Positions 27,631 to 40,500 of a stretch of DNA of 64,000 nt are shown in pieces. Origin of the DNA: Octopus sinensis (Eukaryota); assembly GCF_006345805.1 (NCBI RefSeq), contig NC_043020.1, positions 6,448,001-6,512,000 of the forward strand, written 5' to 3'. Position numbers and translations under genes: made by a program. The first letter of the stretch is position 1. Each line of letters begins with the position of its first letter. The notes under the pieces were generated by a model. It searched no databases and had not been told where the DNA came from. It was given only the letters and a program-made list of their open reading frames with translations.

Positions 27631-28139
27631 CCTTTCATCCGTCTTAACATTCTGAGTTCAAATTCCGCCAGGGTCAACATTCATCCTTTCAGAGTCAATA
27701 GAATAAGTACCAGTTGAGTACTGGGGTCAATGTAATCAACTAGCTGCCTCCCCCAAATTTCAGGCCTTGTGCCTATAGTAGAAAGTATTATTATTATTAT
27801 TATTATACATGTGTGTGTATGCATGTGTAACTGTATCCGGTAGTGCGACTCTGGTTCGGGAGTTCTAAGGTTTTGAATAGTGTGGACCACTCTGACCCAG
27901 TGTAATAGCACCTATCAGGGTCCCAAGTATGGGTCAATTAACATATCACGGAATTGCTTCTTGCCTGACACACCAATGGGCACAGGGCAGATAAGGTCCT
28001 TCAGTGCTTTAGCTGCTCATCTAAGAGAACTCCTGCATCCTGGGAATTACCGGACTTGTGGTTCTTGTTGCACCAGACCAATACAAGTTTGAGGGACGGA
28101 AGAGTGAGACTGGCTCTACCTAAACCATGGCTATAATTA

Positions 28140-28497
28140 TAATGAGCACTCAGAGAGCGCAAACCTCCGACAAGGTAACACCAACATCTTCTCAGCGATT
28201 AACCAGAGATGGTTTTTTTAAATGAGAATATCTGAAATAAACTTGACTGCTCTCAAGAACAAGAATGCTAAAAATGAACCCAACTGCTCTAAAAAATTAA
28301 GTAAAAAAACAGGAAAGATAATCCAGAATCCTTGTCCAGGACTGGATAAATCCCAAAATCTAAACATTTAGTGCCAGTCACAAGACCAAACATCCCTGAA
28401 AGTTTCATCTGAACCCATCCAGCAGTTCTTGAGATATCTTGTCCACAAACAAACATGACTGAAAACAATACCTCCGCCTTAGCGAAGGCAGAGATAA
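28140..28497. mobile_element. Non-autonomous DNA element (Helentron-like, ACCTCCGCC sub-terminal motifs)
   Basis: AAACCTCCGACAAGG near the left end, TACCTCCGCCTTAGCGAAGGCAGAG hairpin near the right end, internal ATCCAG..CTGGAT hairpin. Confidence 0.4.
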
Positions 28498-28649
28498 TAA
28501 AACCCTGCTGCCTTGTAGGGTAATTTATCAAGCATTTAAAAAAAGCTAAGGGAGTAAACCCCTACAGAAAATCCAAGGGGAGGCACCCTAAGGCAGATAT
28601 GTATAATTATACTTAACCGATAACTAACATCTTCTGCAGCTCCATGGAT

Positions 28650-29182
28650 GCTATAAAACGAATGGATTTGTCTTTCCTTTGTCATGTATCCATGAGTGGA
28701 GTGGAGGTAAGTGTACTTGAAGCCAAGCACTTGCTTCTAGAAACAGCCCAGGCTCAACAGAGGTGGTTAAATTATTGTCTCTGCAAAGGCTGAAGACGCT
28801 CGACCTTTATTCTCTAGAAAAACGCTGCCGCCGTGGTGATCTCATTCTTGCTCACAACATCATAAGCGGAAAGTGTAATCTCTCGAAAGAGCTGTTCTTC
28901 ACTCCTGCTCCAGAGCGTCGGCTGCGGGGTCACTCCGAAAAGCTCTATCTGCGACGATTTCATCTCAATCAAAGGAGAGGGGCTTTCTCTGTCCGGGTTG
29001 CGGTCCGTGGAATAAGCTGCCGGACGAGATAGTGAAGTTGCCGATGACCGCTCGGTTTAAAGTCTCTCTTGACTGGAAATAGCCTGAACTCTTTGCATGA
29101 ACACCACCCTGTACATAACTCCATATCCCCCTACATGGCCTTGCTTTTTGCTTTTTGAGCCAAAAAAATTAACTTAACTTAA
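28650..29182 (+). mobile_element. Second CR1/L2-group LINE 3' end with about 130-bp non-coding head
   Basis: [25 protein letters not shown]...RLRGHSEKL...FSVRV...WNKLP; (AACTT)n tail; near-identical copy at 48941-49435. Confidence 0.8.
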
Positions 29183-29657
29183 CCATCAATCAACACTAAG
29201 AAAGACTGACCATATACATTGTGTGTGTGTCCCCAGTTGACCTTATATGGTGCAGTATTTTCCTTCAACTCCCATTATGACATTACATGACTAATGATTG
29301 GTGAGTCTATGCTTGAAAGGGCCCCCTATTATGTTAATATATCTCTTTACTTGTGTTGCCCGACTAGGATCCTTCGATAACACCCCTAACTTATACACAG
29401 GCCTTTGTGTTACATTTATCATTTAGTAAGCATGCCTCTGTATTTCATTTAGACCTCACCCCAACCCCCTTTTCAACAGTCTTCTTCTCATTATTTTATT
29501 GATCTGATGTAGGACTAGTGTCCGAAACTTCAAAACTCTTTTTTTCAAGCATTAGACCAATAGAACATTTGTTGAAATTTGTCCTTACCAGATTGTCTTC
29601 CTTTTGTGTCCATTACCAAATACATACATACATACATACATACATACATACATGCAT

Positions 29658-29694
<37 letters not shown>

Positions 29695-30299
29695 TACATA
29701 CATGCATGCATACAAGCATGCGTGCATATATACATACATATATATATATATATATACATGCATACATACATACATACATACATTCATACATACATACATA
29801 CATATATAATATAATATAAGGAAAATGGAGAGGTTGAACCCAGAAAAAAATCAATTTGTTTATATAATAGTCAATTTCATATTTTGCCATGAAGATTGCA
29901 TCCTGCATTTAAAAGGCAAAAATCTCTTCAGAGCAAAAATTGACAAAAACTCATTCCCATCTAAAAATAGCTTGGGGTTAAACTACGACCATAGTGGACA
30001 ATGGCTAGTTGTGGTTTTGAGGGACTGGGTCATACTACCATTCCCCCGTGGTCATAGTTTAACCCCAAATTATTTTTAGAAAGCAATTCAAAAGCACATA
30101 TACTGACACAAACAAACACACAAACACATGTTTGGTAAGCAATTCTCCATCCATTAGAATGGGAATTAATTTTTGCCTTTTAAATGCATGATACAATCTT
30201 GATTGCAAAATATGAAGGTAAGAAATTGAAACGTACGTAGGCAATATGAAGTTGATTATTATATAAATAAATTGTATTTTGGGACTGTCATTTTTTTTT

Positions 30300-30785
30300 T
30301 ATCAAATAAACACACACACTACGTATTCGTTCTTCACTCGTTCTTATTCTAACTCATGTCCATCGTCCGGAAATGTATCGTCACTCATCTGTGACCTCCT
30401 CAGCAACACTTTCCGTCTTCATGTGTGCTCTTGCTCTGCTTATTCCATTCTGTTCATGACAGAGAAAACTGAACAGAGAATCTGCATCAAATTTTGCCAA
30501 GTGTGGCAATACCTGCTCAGAAGCCTATGCAAAGTTTTCAAAATGTTTTCATTGTTCTTGATACAATCAAGGAGATCTTCTGCAACTGAAACCCAAGTGT
30601 CTTTTTGGTCAGCTGAAAGCAGTTTTGGCACAAATTTGGCAGACACGTGTCTCATACCTAAATCCTCTGTGATAATGGACTGAACTGAACTGTAACTAAT
30701 TTGTGAATTGTCTGATGACTCACGGATGGTGATTCGACAATTTCTCCTCACAGCTCCATGCACATCTGTGATATTTTACTCAGAT
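30300..30785. mobile_element. Mariner 5' relic with internal inversion
   Basis: + strand MTEKTEQRICIKFC (30456-); - strand RITIRE.S...ISYSSVQSIITEDLGMRHVSAKFVPKLLS..QK (30763-30535). Confidence 0.8.
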
Positions 30786-31350
30786 CCACTTTAAAGACTT
30801 TTTCACTTTCCAAACATTATACTAATACATCTGTTTGTTGTCTACACCACCTGTCTTCGTCTTTTGCTTTTTTGTGAATTCTCCCTATATATATATATAT
30901 ATATCACTGTGACCAACCAAGCTATCAGATGTTGCTACACATCGCTGGTCACAATGTGTTTTAGCCTTCAAATGACACCATCCCACTGGCTAAGCAAGCA
31001 GGTCAACAGAAGAAGGAGTGAGAAGAAATTTGTGGTGAAAGAGTACAGCAGGGATCACCACCACCCCCTGCTGGAGCCTCATGGAACTTTAGGTGTTTTC
31101 GTTCAATAAACACTCACAACGCCTGGTCTGGGAATCGAAACCGCGATGCTACAACCACGAGTCCGCTGCCCTAATCACTGGCCCATTGTGCCGGAGTGGT
31201 TGGCGTTAGGAAGGGCATCCAGCTGTAGAAACACTGCCAGATCAGACTGGGCCTGATGCAGCCTTCTGGCTTCTCAGACCCCACTTGAACCGTCCAACCC
31301 ATGCTAGCATGGAAAGCGGACGTTAAACGATGATGATGATGATGATGATG

Positions 31351-31382
<32 letters not shown>

Positions 31383-33008
31383 GTATGTAACGGTTAGTTC
31401 TTTGCTGCAGTCGAGGGTCACCAATAGTGATGGTTGTTGTTAAGGTGATGGTTAAGGTGTTGGTTGCCAGTGTAACAGTTTGCATTATGATATATGTTGG
31501 AGTCAGCAGTTACCAATTGTAACGGATGTTGTTGTTGCAGATGTGCAAGATGGAAGAAGAACAGTGATCGAAGTTGTAAAGAAATATTTATTTACCATTA
31601 CTTTGTATAATGCCATACCATGACGACGAACGGGTGTGGGTATCACATAAAAACAATAGAGTTATATTGTCTTGTATGTTGTTGCAATTTATGTTTGGTC
31701 AACTGCTAGCTGCCTAACTAGGAATTAGAGAAAGATAGAGTGAATGTTAAGTGTAGGAAGTCGATGAAATGATACTTTCATTGTGCCTGACATTTAAACA
31801 GCAATGGTGTTGTGATAAGACACTGTATCAGAGTTGACATTCTCATTGTAAACCATCTCTCAGTTGAATTATCTTACTAACTGGATTCTGAATGTGGTCG
31901 CCTCTGCATCATCTCCTTTTTGCTAACTCCCTTTTTCCTAACTCCCTTTTTCCTATGGTGTTTTAATATTTATAACTATCCAAACAAGTTAGAAGGAGAG
32001 ACATATTGTTGAGGACAATGAATTTCGTTGGCAGTCTGTTATCTCTATTCTAGCTTTTGGTGGCCTAGAAGAGGTTGGAAGGGTCAAGTGGCAAAGACAT
32101 TATTCTGCTTAGAGAAGGCATCTGGCAAATGTAACTGCTGTCACTCACAGAAAAAACTATTGTTTTACATTGAGAAAAGTGATGTTGAACTGTTAAGTGA
32201 AATTTGGCTATCGAGGATTGAATCCATGCCATACCTGCATGAAGCCACAACATGTCTGTAGCGCACACTCTAGTGAACTTCCTTCTCTTTTATTATATAT
32301 ACATACATTCAAACATAGCAGACAACAGCTAACCTTTGGGTACTATTTGGACCCCACTGTATCCACCACTCTGATTGGTTGGTATTGGCGCAATTTGTCT
32401 CTTGCTCTATTGTGCCAATATGCAACCTAACCAATCGAAGTCCCTAAAGAAGATCACATGATACAGCCTGTTCTAAACTCCACTTTGAACCTACTGTTAC
32501 TTATAAAACCTCAACTTCTCTTGTCTCGAAGCCTTTTGGTTTCAGACCTTCTATGGTCTAACCACTGACCACATGACGTGGCCAGTTCCAGCAATGACAT
32601 AGGACAACAACCATCCAACAGTATTACAGTGGCCGCCATCTTCATCGCCACCATCATGTCTCTCACCAACATCATCAACAACATCTCTACATACACAGCA
32701 CCAGCAACACTGCACAGGTTCTAACATAGCACTGTTCATGAATTACTTCACCATGGTTAACAGCAAACATACAACCCACACAGATGCATGCAAATATAAC
32801 AATAAATCTTTAATAAGCCTTCTATTCAATTGTGTCTCTTCTCTTTTCCAACTGGCAAATTATATGTATTATTTCAGCCTTCTGATATGAGTCGATATTA
32901 GATGGTCACACAACACGCACAATGGTCCACTATCTATAATGGTCACCACGACCATCTATATATATAAATGCTGCATCTAGGAATCTGATAAAAGACAAAA
33001 ACTGGATA

Positions 33009-33188
33009 CAGTTCTATATTTAAGAGATGAGGAATTATGTACATTGTTTACATTTGACGGATAATTGTCCTCATCTTGTTTGTTCTTAACACAATGTTTC
33101 AGCTGATATACCCTCCAGCCTTCATCAGGTGTCTTGGGGAAATTTTGAACCTGGGTTCTTATTCCTAAGGTATTTTTTGATGTCATTA

Positions 33189-33236
<48 letters not shown>

Positions 33237-33360
33237 TCACTGCATGGAATCGAACTCAGAATCTTGGGGTTAGTAGCCCACGCTCTTAACCACTACGCCA
33301 TATGCCCATGGGCATATGATTCCGAGTTTGATTCCAGGCAGTGACCTGAATAATAATAAT
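33009..33360 (-). mobile_element. Penelope-derived unit: tRNA-like head plus hammerhead, with inverted 5' extension
   Basis: Minus strand: A box TGGCGTAGTGG, loop GGG-CTACTAA-CCC, B box GAGTTCGATTCC, (AAT)n, GACAC-CTGATGA-AGGCTG..CAGCT-GAAACATT-GTGTT. Confidence 0.75.
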
Positions 33361-33714
33361 AGTAATTCCTCATAATTTTCAGAAAAATGGATATCCCCAA
33401 ATGAATTTTTTTATAAATACCTATCAGATACTGTAGTGGTCTGCCCTACTTGGAATCTCCTCAGTTAGGGTTAGGTTTTGTGACAGGATGTTGTCTGTTT
33501 TAGACGTAGCAAATGATTTTAGCTCAATAGAGGGCATAGGATTGGTTAAAACTCGAAAAATTAAACTACATTAAACTTACAAATTACAATTTTCTCAAGA
33601 AAGCCAAGAGAAAAAAATGTTTTATTTTGACACATTCTACCAGTATACGAAGTTTAAAAGTGTTTAGTGAACTAGAAATTGTGTTGAAAATTGCCGTTCA
33701 AAAGGAAAAGCTCT

Positions 33715-34207
33715 CCAGAACGCAACTGGTACTAAGTTTATCGACCCCGAAAGGATGAAAGGCAAAGTCTACCTCGGCGGAATTTGAACTCAGAACGTAA
33801 CGACAGACGAAATACCTATTTCTTTATTACCCACAAGGGGCTAAACACAGAGGGGACAAACAAGGACAGACATAGGTATTAAGTCGATTACATTGACCCC
33901 AGTGCGTAATTGGTACTTAATTTATCGACCCCGAAAGGATGAAAGGCAAAGTCGACCTCGGCAGAATTTGAACTCAGAATGTAACGGCAGCCGAAAGCAT
34001 TTCACCTATTTCTTTATTATCCACAAGGGGCTAAACATAGAGTGGACAAACATCGACCTCAGTGCATAACTGGTACTTAATTTATCGACCCCGAAAGGAT
34101 GAAAGGCAAAGTCTACCTCGGCGGAATTTGAACTCACAACGTAACGGCAGACGAAATGCGGTTACGCATTTCGCCCGGCGTGCTAACGTCTCTGCCAGCT
34201 CGCCGCC
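33715..34207 (-). mobile_element. SINE family 2 (GTCGACTTTGCCTTTCATCCTTTCGGGGTCGATAAA core), head-to-tail multimer
   Basis: About 3 tandem units; similar multimers at 44435-44845(-) and 60145-60600(+); monomers at about 510-645, 17760-17945, 20135-20345, 27640-27785, 56605-56825, 59120-59300, 59380-59580, 61250-61650. The core recalls the conserved Nin/LF-SINE-type domain (from memory). Confidence 0.85.
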
Positions 34208-34299
34208 TTCTGTGTCCTTATATAACAAATGACTCCCGCCAATCTGACAGAAAAATATCGCCGTTATTCTTACTATGGGCTTTTATGTTACTAGGAACT

Positions 34300-34488
34300 C
34301 GCAAAAGGCATTTTCGTTTACACCGGTTTGCAGCGTCATGCGCGGTGGATAATTTCCGCTTTGTGTAGAGCGTGGTGTTTACGAATCCTTCTTTTTTTTC
34401 CCGGTTTTAGTTTTTTTTAGAAATATACTCATATATAAACACAGATAAATATATATATATATAGTTGAACAGTTACAGATATATCGAG
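34300..34488 (+). promoter_or_regulatory. Candidate AQR promoter / non-coding first exon
   Basis: The AQR ATG lies 1 nt after a splice acceptor, so an upstream exon is required. This is the nearest non-repetitive, locally CpG-rich patch, and it ends in a good donor GAG|gtatgt at 34488/34489. Start approximate. Confidence 0.45.
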
Positions 34489-34812
34489 GTATGTAGAATC
34501 GATTGATCTCAAAAGCTTTAATTGTGTCTCCTTACTTCAACATGTAAATATGTGTGTCACTGGGCTTTGTGGTTTCTTTGAGTACTTTTACCTAAATCAT
34601 GGCCTTTGCCTTTCCTTTAGATAACAATGGTGGCGTGGAGAGGAGGAGGCCGGTATCCATGGGCGACTGCTGGTCTTCCATAAACAAACCTTACCCGGAC
34701 TTGTGCCTGGGAGGGGAACTTTCTAGGTACAATCCCATGGTCGGTTATGAACGAAGAGGGTCTCAAGAATATAGCTATTAATTTTGGTTAACCCTATGTA
34801 TATAGACAGCTG

Positions 34813-35236
34813 GGCGATCTTTCGTCTCTAGTAGACCTTTCCGTCGATTTCCGTAAAAAAATTTTTTTTTTTTTACATATGGGCTTGCGGGAACTTTTGA
34901 AGTAATATACATACATATACACATACACCGAGTAAAAAATTTCAGTTATCTCTTTCTTTCACACATTACTCTGTCTCTTCACACACTAACAGAAGCACTT
35001 CACTTACACAACATACTGTCTGTCTCCCACACCCCATCAAACACACACACACACACACATGTACATCAATGCTTCACATGCACGGTAACTTCAAAAGAAC
35101 TTCCCTCGTCATACAATCGCTTTCTCTTAGTCTCTTTCGCTCTCATTACTTCAAAAGTTCCCGCAAGCCCATATGTAAAGAAAAAACTTTTTTTACGGAA
35201 ATCGACGGAAAGGTCTACTAGAGACGAAAGATCGCC
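34813..35236. mobile_element. MITE with about 90-bp TIRs (GGCGATCTTTCGTCTCTAGTAGACC...)
   Basis: 34813-34906 is the reverse complement of 35145-35236. Confidence 0.85.
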
Positions 35237-36831
35237 GCCTTTCCCTTGGATAACACTGGTGGCGTGAAGAGGGGAGGCCGGTATGCATGGGCGACTGCAG
35301 GTCTTCCATAAACAACCCTGCCCGGACTTGTGCCTGGGAGGGGAAAGTTCCCCTCCTAGGTACAATCCCATGGTCAGTTATGAACGAAGGGGGTCTCAAG
35401 AATATAGCTATTAATTTTGGTTAACCCTGTGTATATAGACAGCTGTAAACACCATACGTTTGTATACAATGTCTTTGTGACAGAAATAGAATTTTCAACC
35501 TGACTAGTTTTAATCCTATTTTGGGTTTCATAATTGATTGGAGGTGCAATGACCCAGTGGTTAGGGCAGCGGACTCGTGGTTGTAGCTTGACTGAGTGCC
35601 CTATTCGACTGATTCTTATATTTTTGTCTATGAAGATATTGTTTGTTTATGTACACTGTTGGCTAAAATATGTAGATATATTATGTAGTACAGCAAATAT
35701 GTGTGTGTGTATATTGTGGCAGTCCGTTGGTTATGACGACAAGGGTTCCAGTTGATCCGATCAACGGAACAGCCTGATCGTGAAATTAATGTGCAAGTGG
35801 CTGAGCACTCCACAGACACGTGTATCCTTAACGTAGTTCTCGGGGGAGATTCAGTATGACAAGGCTAGCCCTTTGAAATACAGGTACAATAGAAACAGGA
35901 AGAAAGAGTGAAAGAAAGTTGTGGTGAAAGAGTACAGCAGGGTTCGCCACCACCCCCTGTCGGAGCCTCGTTGAGCTTTAGGTGTTTTCGCTCAAACACT
36001 CACAATGCCCGATCTGGGAATCAAAACCGCAATTCTACAATCACGAGTCCGCTGCCCTAGTCTGTGTATAGAAGTAACATTCAAGGATCAAGGTGTAGGA
36101 AGCAAGTAAGCTTCAAGCAGTCTGTAGAAAGTATAAAGAAAAACTTTCAGGGAACAATAGCAGTTTATTGATGTGGAAGGTTGTACATTTTTACCATATC
36201 AAAGTTCAATAAGCTGAAAAAAAGTTATTTTATAGTTCACAGTTAGCAGCTGGGGTTGCTGTTTCTATGAATAAAAATCCAAAATTAAGGAATGGAGTGT
36301 ATATATATATATATATATATATATACACAAAGTAGTAAATATATGGCACATCTAAGTACCGATATTTACTGGAAATAGCGAACGTAATAATACGACGCTA
36401 ATGTATAGCTTCACCGTGTATGTATTAGCAAAAATGCGTGTGTGCAACAAACTAGAAAAATTGTCTTACCTCCAGGGAGAACATCTGAAAGATGAAATAC
36501 CTGGAAAAGGATATATAAATATAAATATGAGAATGTGTGTCTGTGTGAATCCCTAAAACTTGAGAACTACACCACCAATTTCATTCAAATTTTACACATG
36601 CCTTTACTAAGGGTCCATGTAGTGTCATAGGCCAAAAAAATTTTTAACTTCTTGCCTAGTGCGAGCCCACAGCAATATCATATCTTCTCCACTATTTCAG
36701 CATTACATGTCAAAAGTGAAACAATAACATCTCTCTATTGTAATGTCAGATACTTTCACTTTAATAATGTTGATGATAAAACTTGACTTCCTTAACTTAA
36801 CAGCAAACCACACTTCAAGTTAAGCAGTAGT

Positions 36832-37044
36832 TTAACCTTTTAGCATTCAGATTACTCTGTCAAATGTAATGTGTATTTATTCACATTGCTTTGGATTATT
36901 CATGCAATTATCTTCAAGATGAGATTGTTTATTTGTAGAATGACAATGTAGGGTAGGTGTGAGAGGCTGGATCTAGCCGGTTTGAATATAGAACTGGAAG
37001 AATATTTGGGTCAGACATGGATGGTTTATATGCTAATGGATTAA
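36832..37044. mobile_element. piggyBac-like MITE (decayed)
   Basis: TTAA-CCTTTTAGCAT ... ATGCTAATGGA-TTAA. Confidence 0.5.
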
Positions 37045-37439
37045 ATGGAGTCATTATTTTTAAATTCTAGAAACATTGTAAATAAACTATGGAGATATAC
37101 TTGCATAGCAAGTGACCTGATCTGAGATTGTGTGCTGGAACGAAAAAAATTGCAGCGTGGAAGCCATTTAAAAAGCACACAAAAACCGTTAGATTCATTT
37201 CAACATTTAAATTTAATTTGTCAAAATATTTTCGGCGCTTTGAGACCATGACCTGTTTATTGACAAAATTCTGTGCTGCACAGAATTTTGGTCGTGGCCT
37301 CAAAGTGATGAAAATATTTTGACAATTTAAATTTAAATGTTGAAGTGAATCTAATGGTTTATTGTAAATAAAGTCTTTGGTTTAATTTGTGAGGGTTTTA
37401 CCAAACTAAAATGAAGTTTTGTTTTGCTTTTATTCCAGG

Positions 37440-37508
37440 ATGGCAGCTTCTGGTGGGAAAGGCCCAGCTCCCACAGTTGAACAGATTCAAGAAGATGTCA
37501 TCACACAG
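37440..37508 (+). CDS. AQR: AQR coding exon 1 ([23 protein letters not shown])
   Basis: Acceptor ttattccag|G-ATG, donor CAG|gtacgt, 69 nt, phase 0. Confidence 0.9.
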
Positions 37509-40500
37509 GTACGTGGTTTATTTCAGGGGTCCACAAAGTAGTCAAATTGACGTTGGAGCTTGATGTAGTCCTCCAACTCATTGGATCCCATCAAACTACA
37601 ATTCATGCTAGAATGAAAGATCAATGATGATGATATTTGTGTGTGTGTGTGATCCTGATTTCAATGTTTACTTTTCCATGCTTGGGTATCACAGGAGTAT
37701 GATAGGGTAAGGCTTTCTGTGGCCGGTTGCCCTCTCTGACACTAATATCTCGTCTCTCATTATCGTCATCATTATCATTTAGCATCTGTTTTCCCTGCTA
37801 GGGTAGGACTGTTCCACAGGAACTGGCACGTCAGAAGACTGCACCAAGTTCTGCTGTCTTGTTTAGACATGGTTTCTACAGTTGGATGTTTGTATCCTAA
37901 TGCCAACCACTTTGCAGAGTGTACCAGGTGCTTTTTTCATGGCTCTTTCAGCAGTGAGGTCACCGAGTAACTTGCAAGACAAAACCATGCAACTAAGGGG
38001 TGGGGTTTCTACTGAAAGGCAAAAAAAAAAACTGAAGTGTGGGGAGTGGGCCGGGTATTGGAGATGGTGAATGGGGTGAGTTCACAAAATTGTAAAAGGA
38101 GAGTGGTGGATGGAAGGTGGTTTCCAAAGAGTGGGTACGGGTAGAATAAGGGGTTGTTGGGAAGATATGTTGCGGAGAAGAGATTCAACAGGCACATATT
38201 GTGTGGGGGTGGCTATGCGGGGGAAAATGGAGAAGGAATGCAGCAATTAGTGAGCATGGGTGGGGGAAAGGGAGGATGGGCTGTGGGGGAGGTTTGTTAG
38301 GGGACAGATTGTGTGTCGAAGTGGGGGGTGGGTGCCAGGACATAAGGGACATACCTTTATGGCCTCAATTTTATTTCGCTTGGCAGGTCTTCTCAAGCAC
38401 AGAAAATTACCAAATTTCTTGGTCCTTTTTCATTTCTGTGAAGCTCAACATCTGAAGACCATTTCCCACCACTTCATCCTAGGTCTTCCTCTTCCAGACA
38501 CAACCTCTCATATTTAGAGATCGACATTTTGTTTTAGACATTAGAGATGAGCACTTTTTGATGGTTGTCCGATACCCTTGATTCCGAACCTGTTGTGCCC
38601 CCAGCAAATACGTAAACATCGTTTCTTTTCATTTTCTGTTTACAGTTGGCAAACCAGTTTTGGTCCCCGTATTCATTGGAAAGAAAAGCATTCAAACCAA
38701 AGGTAAGAAAATCAAGGACTAACCCCACAGGCTGTGTCCCAAGGCCATCCAACCTGAGAGGGTGCCTTACTAATTCATCATTCATTTCATTATTACATGT
38801 TTATAGGTGCAGGTGTGGCTGTGTGGTAAGAAGCTTGCTTCTCAACCATATGCTTCTGGGTTCGGTCCCACTGAGTGGTACTTTTGTTATGTGTTTCCTA
38901 CTATAGCGCTGGGCCAGCCTAAGCCTTGTGAGTCAATTTGGTAGACAGAAACTGAAAGAAACTTGTCATAATGTGTGTGTGTATTTATATATATGTATGT
39001 GTATGTATCAGGTCATCCCATCAGTTCTGTCTGAATTTTGAATAAAGAAAACAAGTGATCAAATGTTATATTTAATTGAAATTTAACCATCAATGTACTT
39101 TCCCTGATTATCTATCACTTCCTTCCATCTATTTACAAGCTTTTTAATCTCATCAATGTAAAACTCTTTTGGTTTCAAAGCAAAGAACTCTGAAATGTCA
39201 GTTTCGACTTCCTCCTTGCTTGCGAAAGTTATGTCCCCCAATGATTCTGTAAACTACAAAACAGATGGTAGTCTGAAGGAGCAAGGTCGGAAGAATAAGG
39301 TGGATGAGGAATTTTTTCCCAGCCAAGTTCTTCGATCTTCTGTGATATGATCTTTGCAGTGTGGGATCGCACATTGTCCTGATGAAACATCTCTCCTTTT
39401 CGATTCGCTAAAGCAGGTTTTTTTTTCTTCAAAGCTTGGTTGAAATGCTCTAATTGCTGACAGTAGACTTGAGCATTGATTGTTGCATTAGGTGGTAACA
39501 ATTCAAAGTGAATTACTCCTTTGCAATCCCACCAGATAGAGAGAAGAACCTTTTTCCCATGAAGTTCCCTTCTCAGTTGTGGTTGAGCCTTTTCCCTTTT
39601 ACCAAGCCACTGTTTACGATGTTTAACATTTCGATAGAAGATTCATTTTTTTGTCACCAGTCAAAGTCTATCCAAAAAGGGTGAAATGAGTTCATGAGAA
39701 TGGAGAGAAGAGCAGATGTCAGACATTTCACTCGTCACCACCCTGTCTTATTTTTCCTGTCTGCATTTCAGAAATTGTTACACATTTCAGAAATTAGATT
39801 TTACATGTAACATTGTCATACATTTCACAAATTACATTATATATTTCATAATTTGCACACATTTAATAAATTGCATTGTGGATTTCAGAAACTGCATTCA
39901 GTACTTCTGAAATGATTTGTGCATTTGATATTGTTACACATTTCACAAATTATGTTTTACATTTCACATTGTTACACATTTCATAATTTAAACACATTTC
40001 ATAAATTGTACTATGGATTTCAGAAACTACACTCCATATTTTAACAAACCATATTACACATGTCACATTCTAGTATACATTTCACAAATTATATTCCACA
40101 CTCACAAATTCCATTATGTATTTCACAAACTATATTCCACATTTCATAGTCTGTATTACACATTTCATGCATAGTAGTATACATTTCATAAATTATATTC
40201 CACATTTCTCTTTCTGTAGGTCATTGAAGATATTTATGAAAAGGAAATCCTTGCCACAAAGTAAGTAATCAGTTTATCATAGCTAACACTAAGCAACAGA
40301 ACTGGTGGAACATCTAACACGATGCCTTGTGGTATTAAGTTACATCCCCTTTACATCCTCAGTAGTAAACCCTGTTAGAGGGTCAACTTTGCTTTTCACT
40401 CTTCAAAAATTCATAACGGTGACTAAATTCGTCCACTTAAATTTCTGGCCCTTTGTTTCAATGTTAGAAATAATAATGATAATGATACTACTACTAATAA

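Noticed and set aside
27827-28135. Unique GC-richer segment starting TGTAAC (solo LTR or exon?)
   Set aside because: No matching terminal CA with TSD and no convincing splice pair or homology.
31518-32760. Possible LTR retrotransposon remnant or coding exons
   Set aside because: No paired LTRs, primer-binding site or recognisable gag/pol motifs; the short ORFs lack support.
33235-33310. Possible tRNA-Ser gene
   Set aside because: A/B boxes and an anticodon-like arm are present, but there is no convincing acceptor stem and it is embedded in a multicopy mobile unit. SINE heads elsewhere were rejected as tRNA genes for the same reason.
39229-39501. SETMAR-like or domesticated transposase gene
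   Set aside because: Frameshifted, 5'-truncated, retains a TIR and has no SET domain: a dead mariner.
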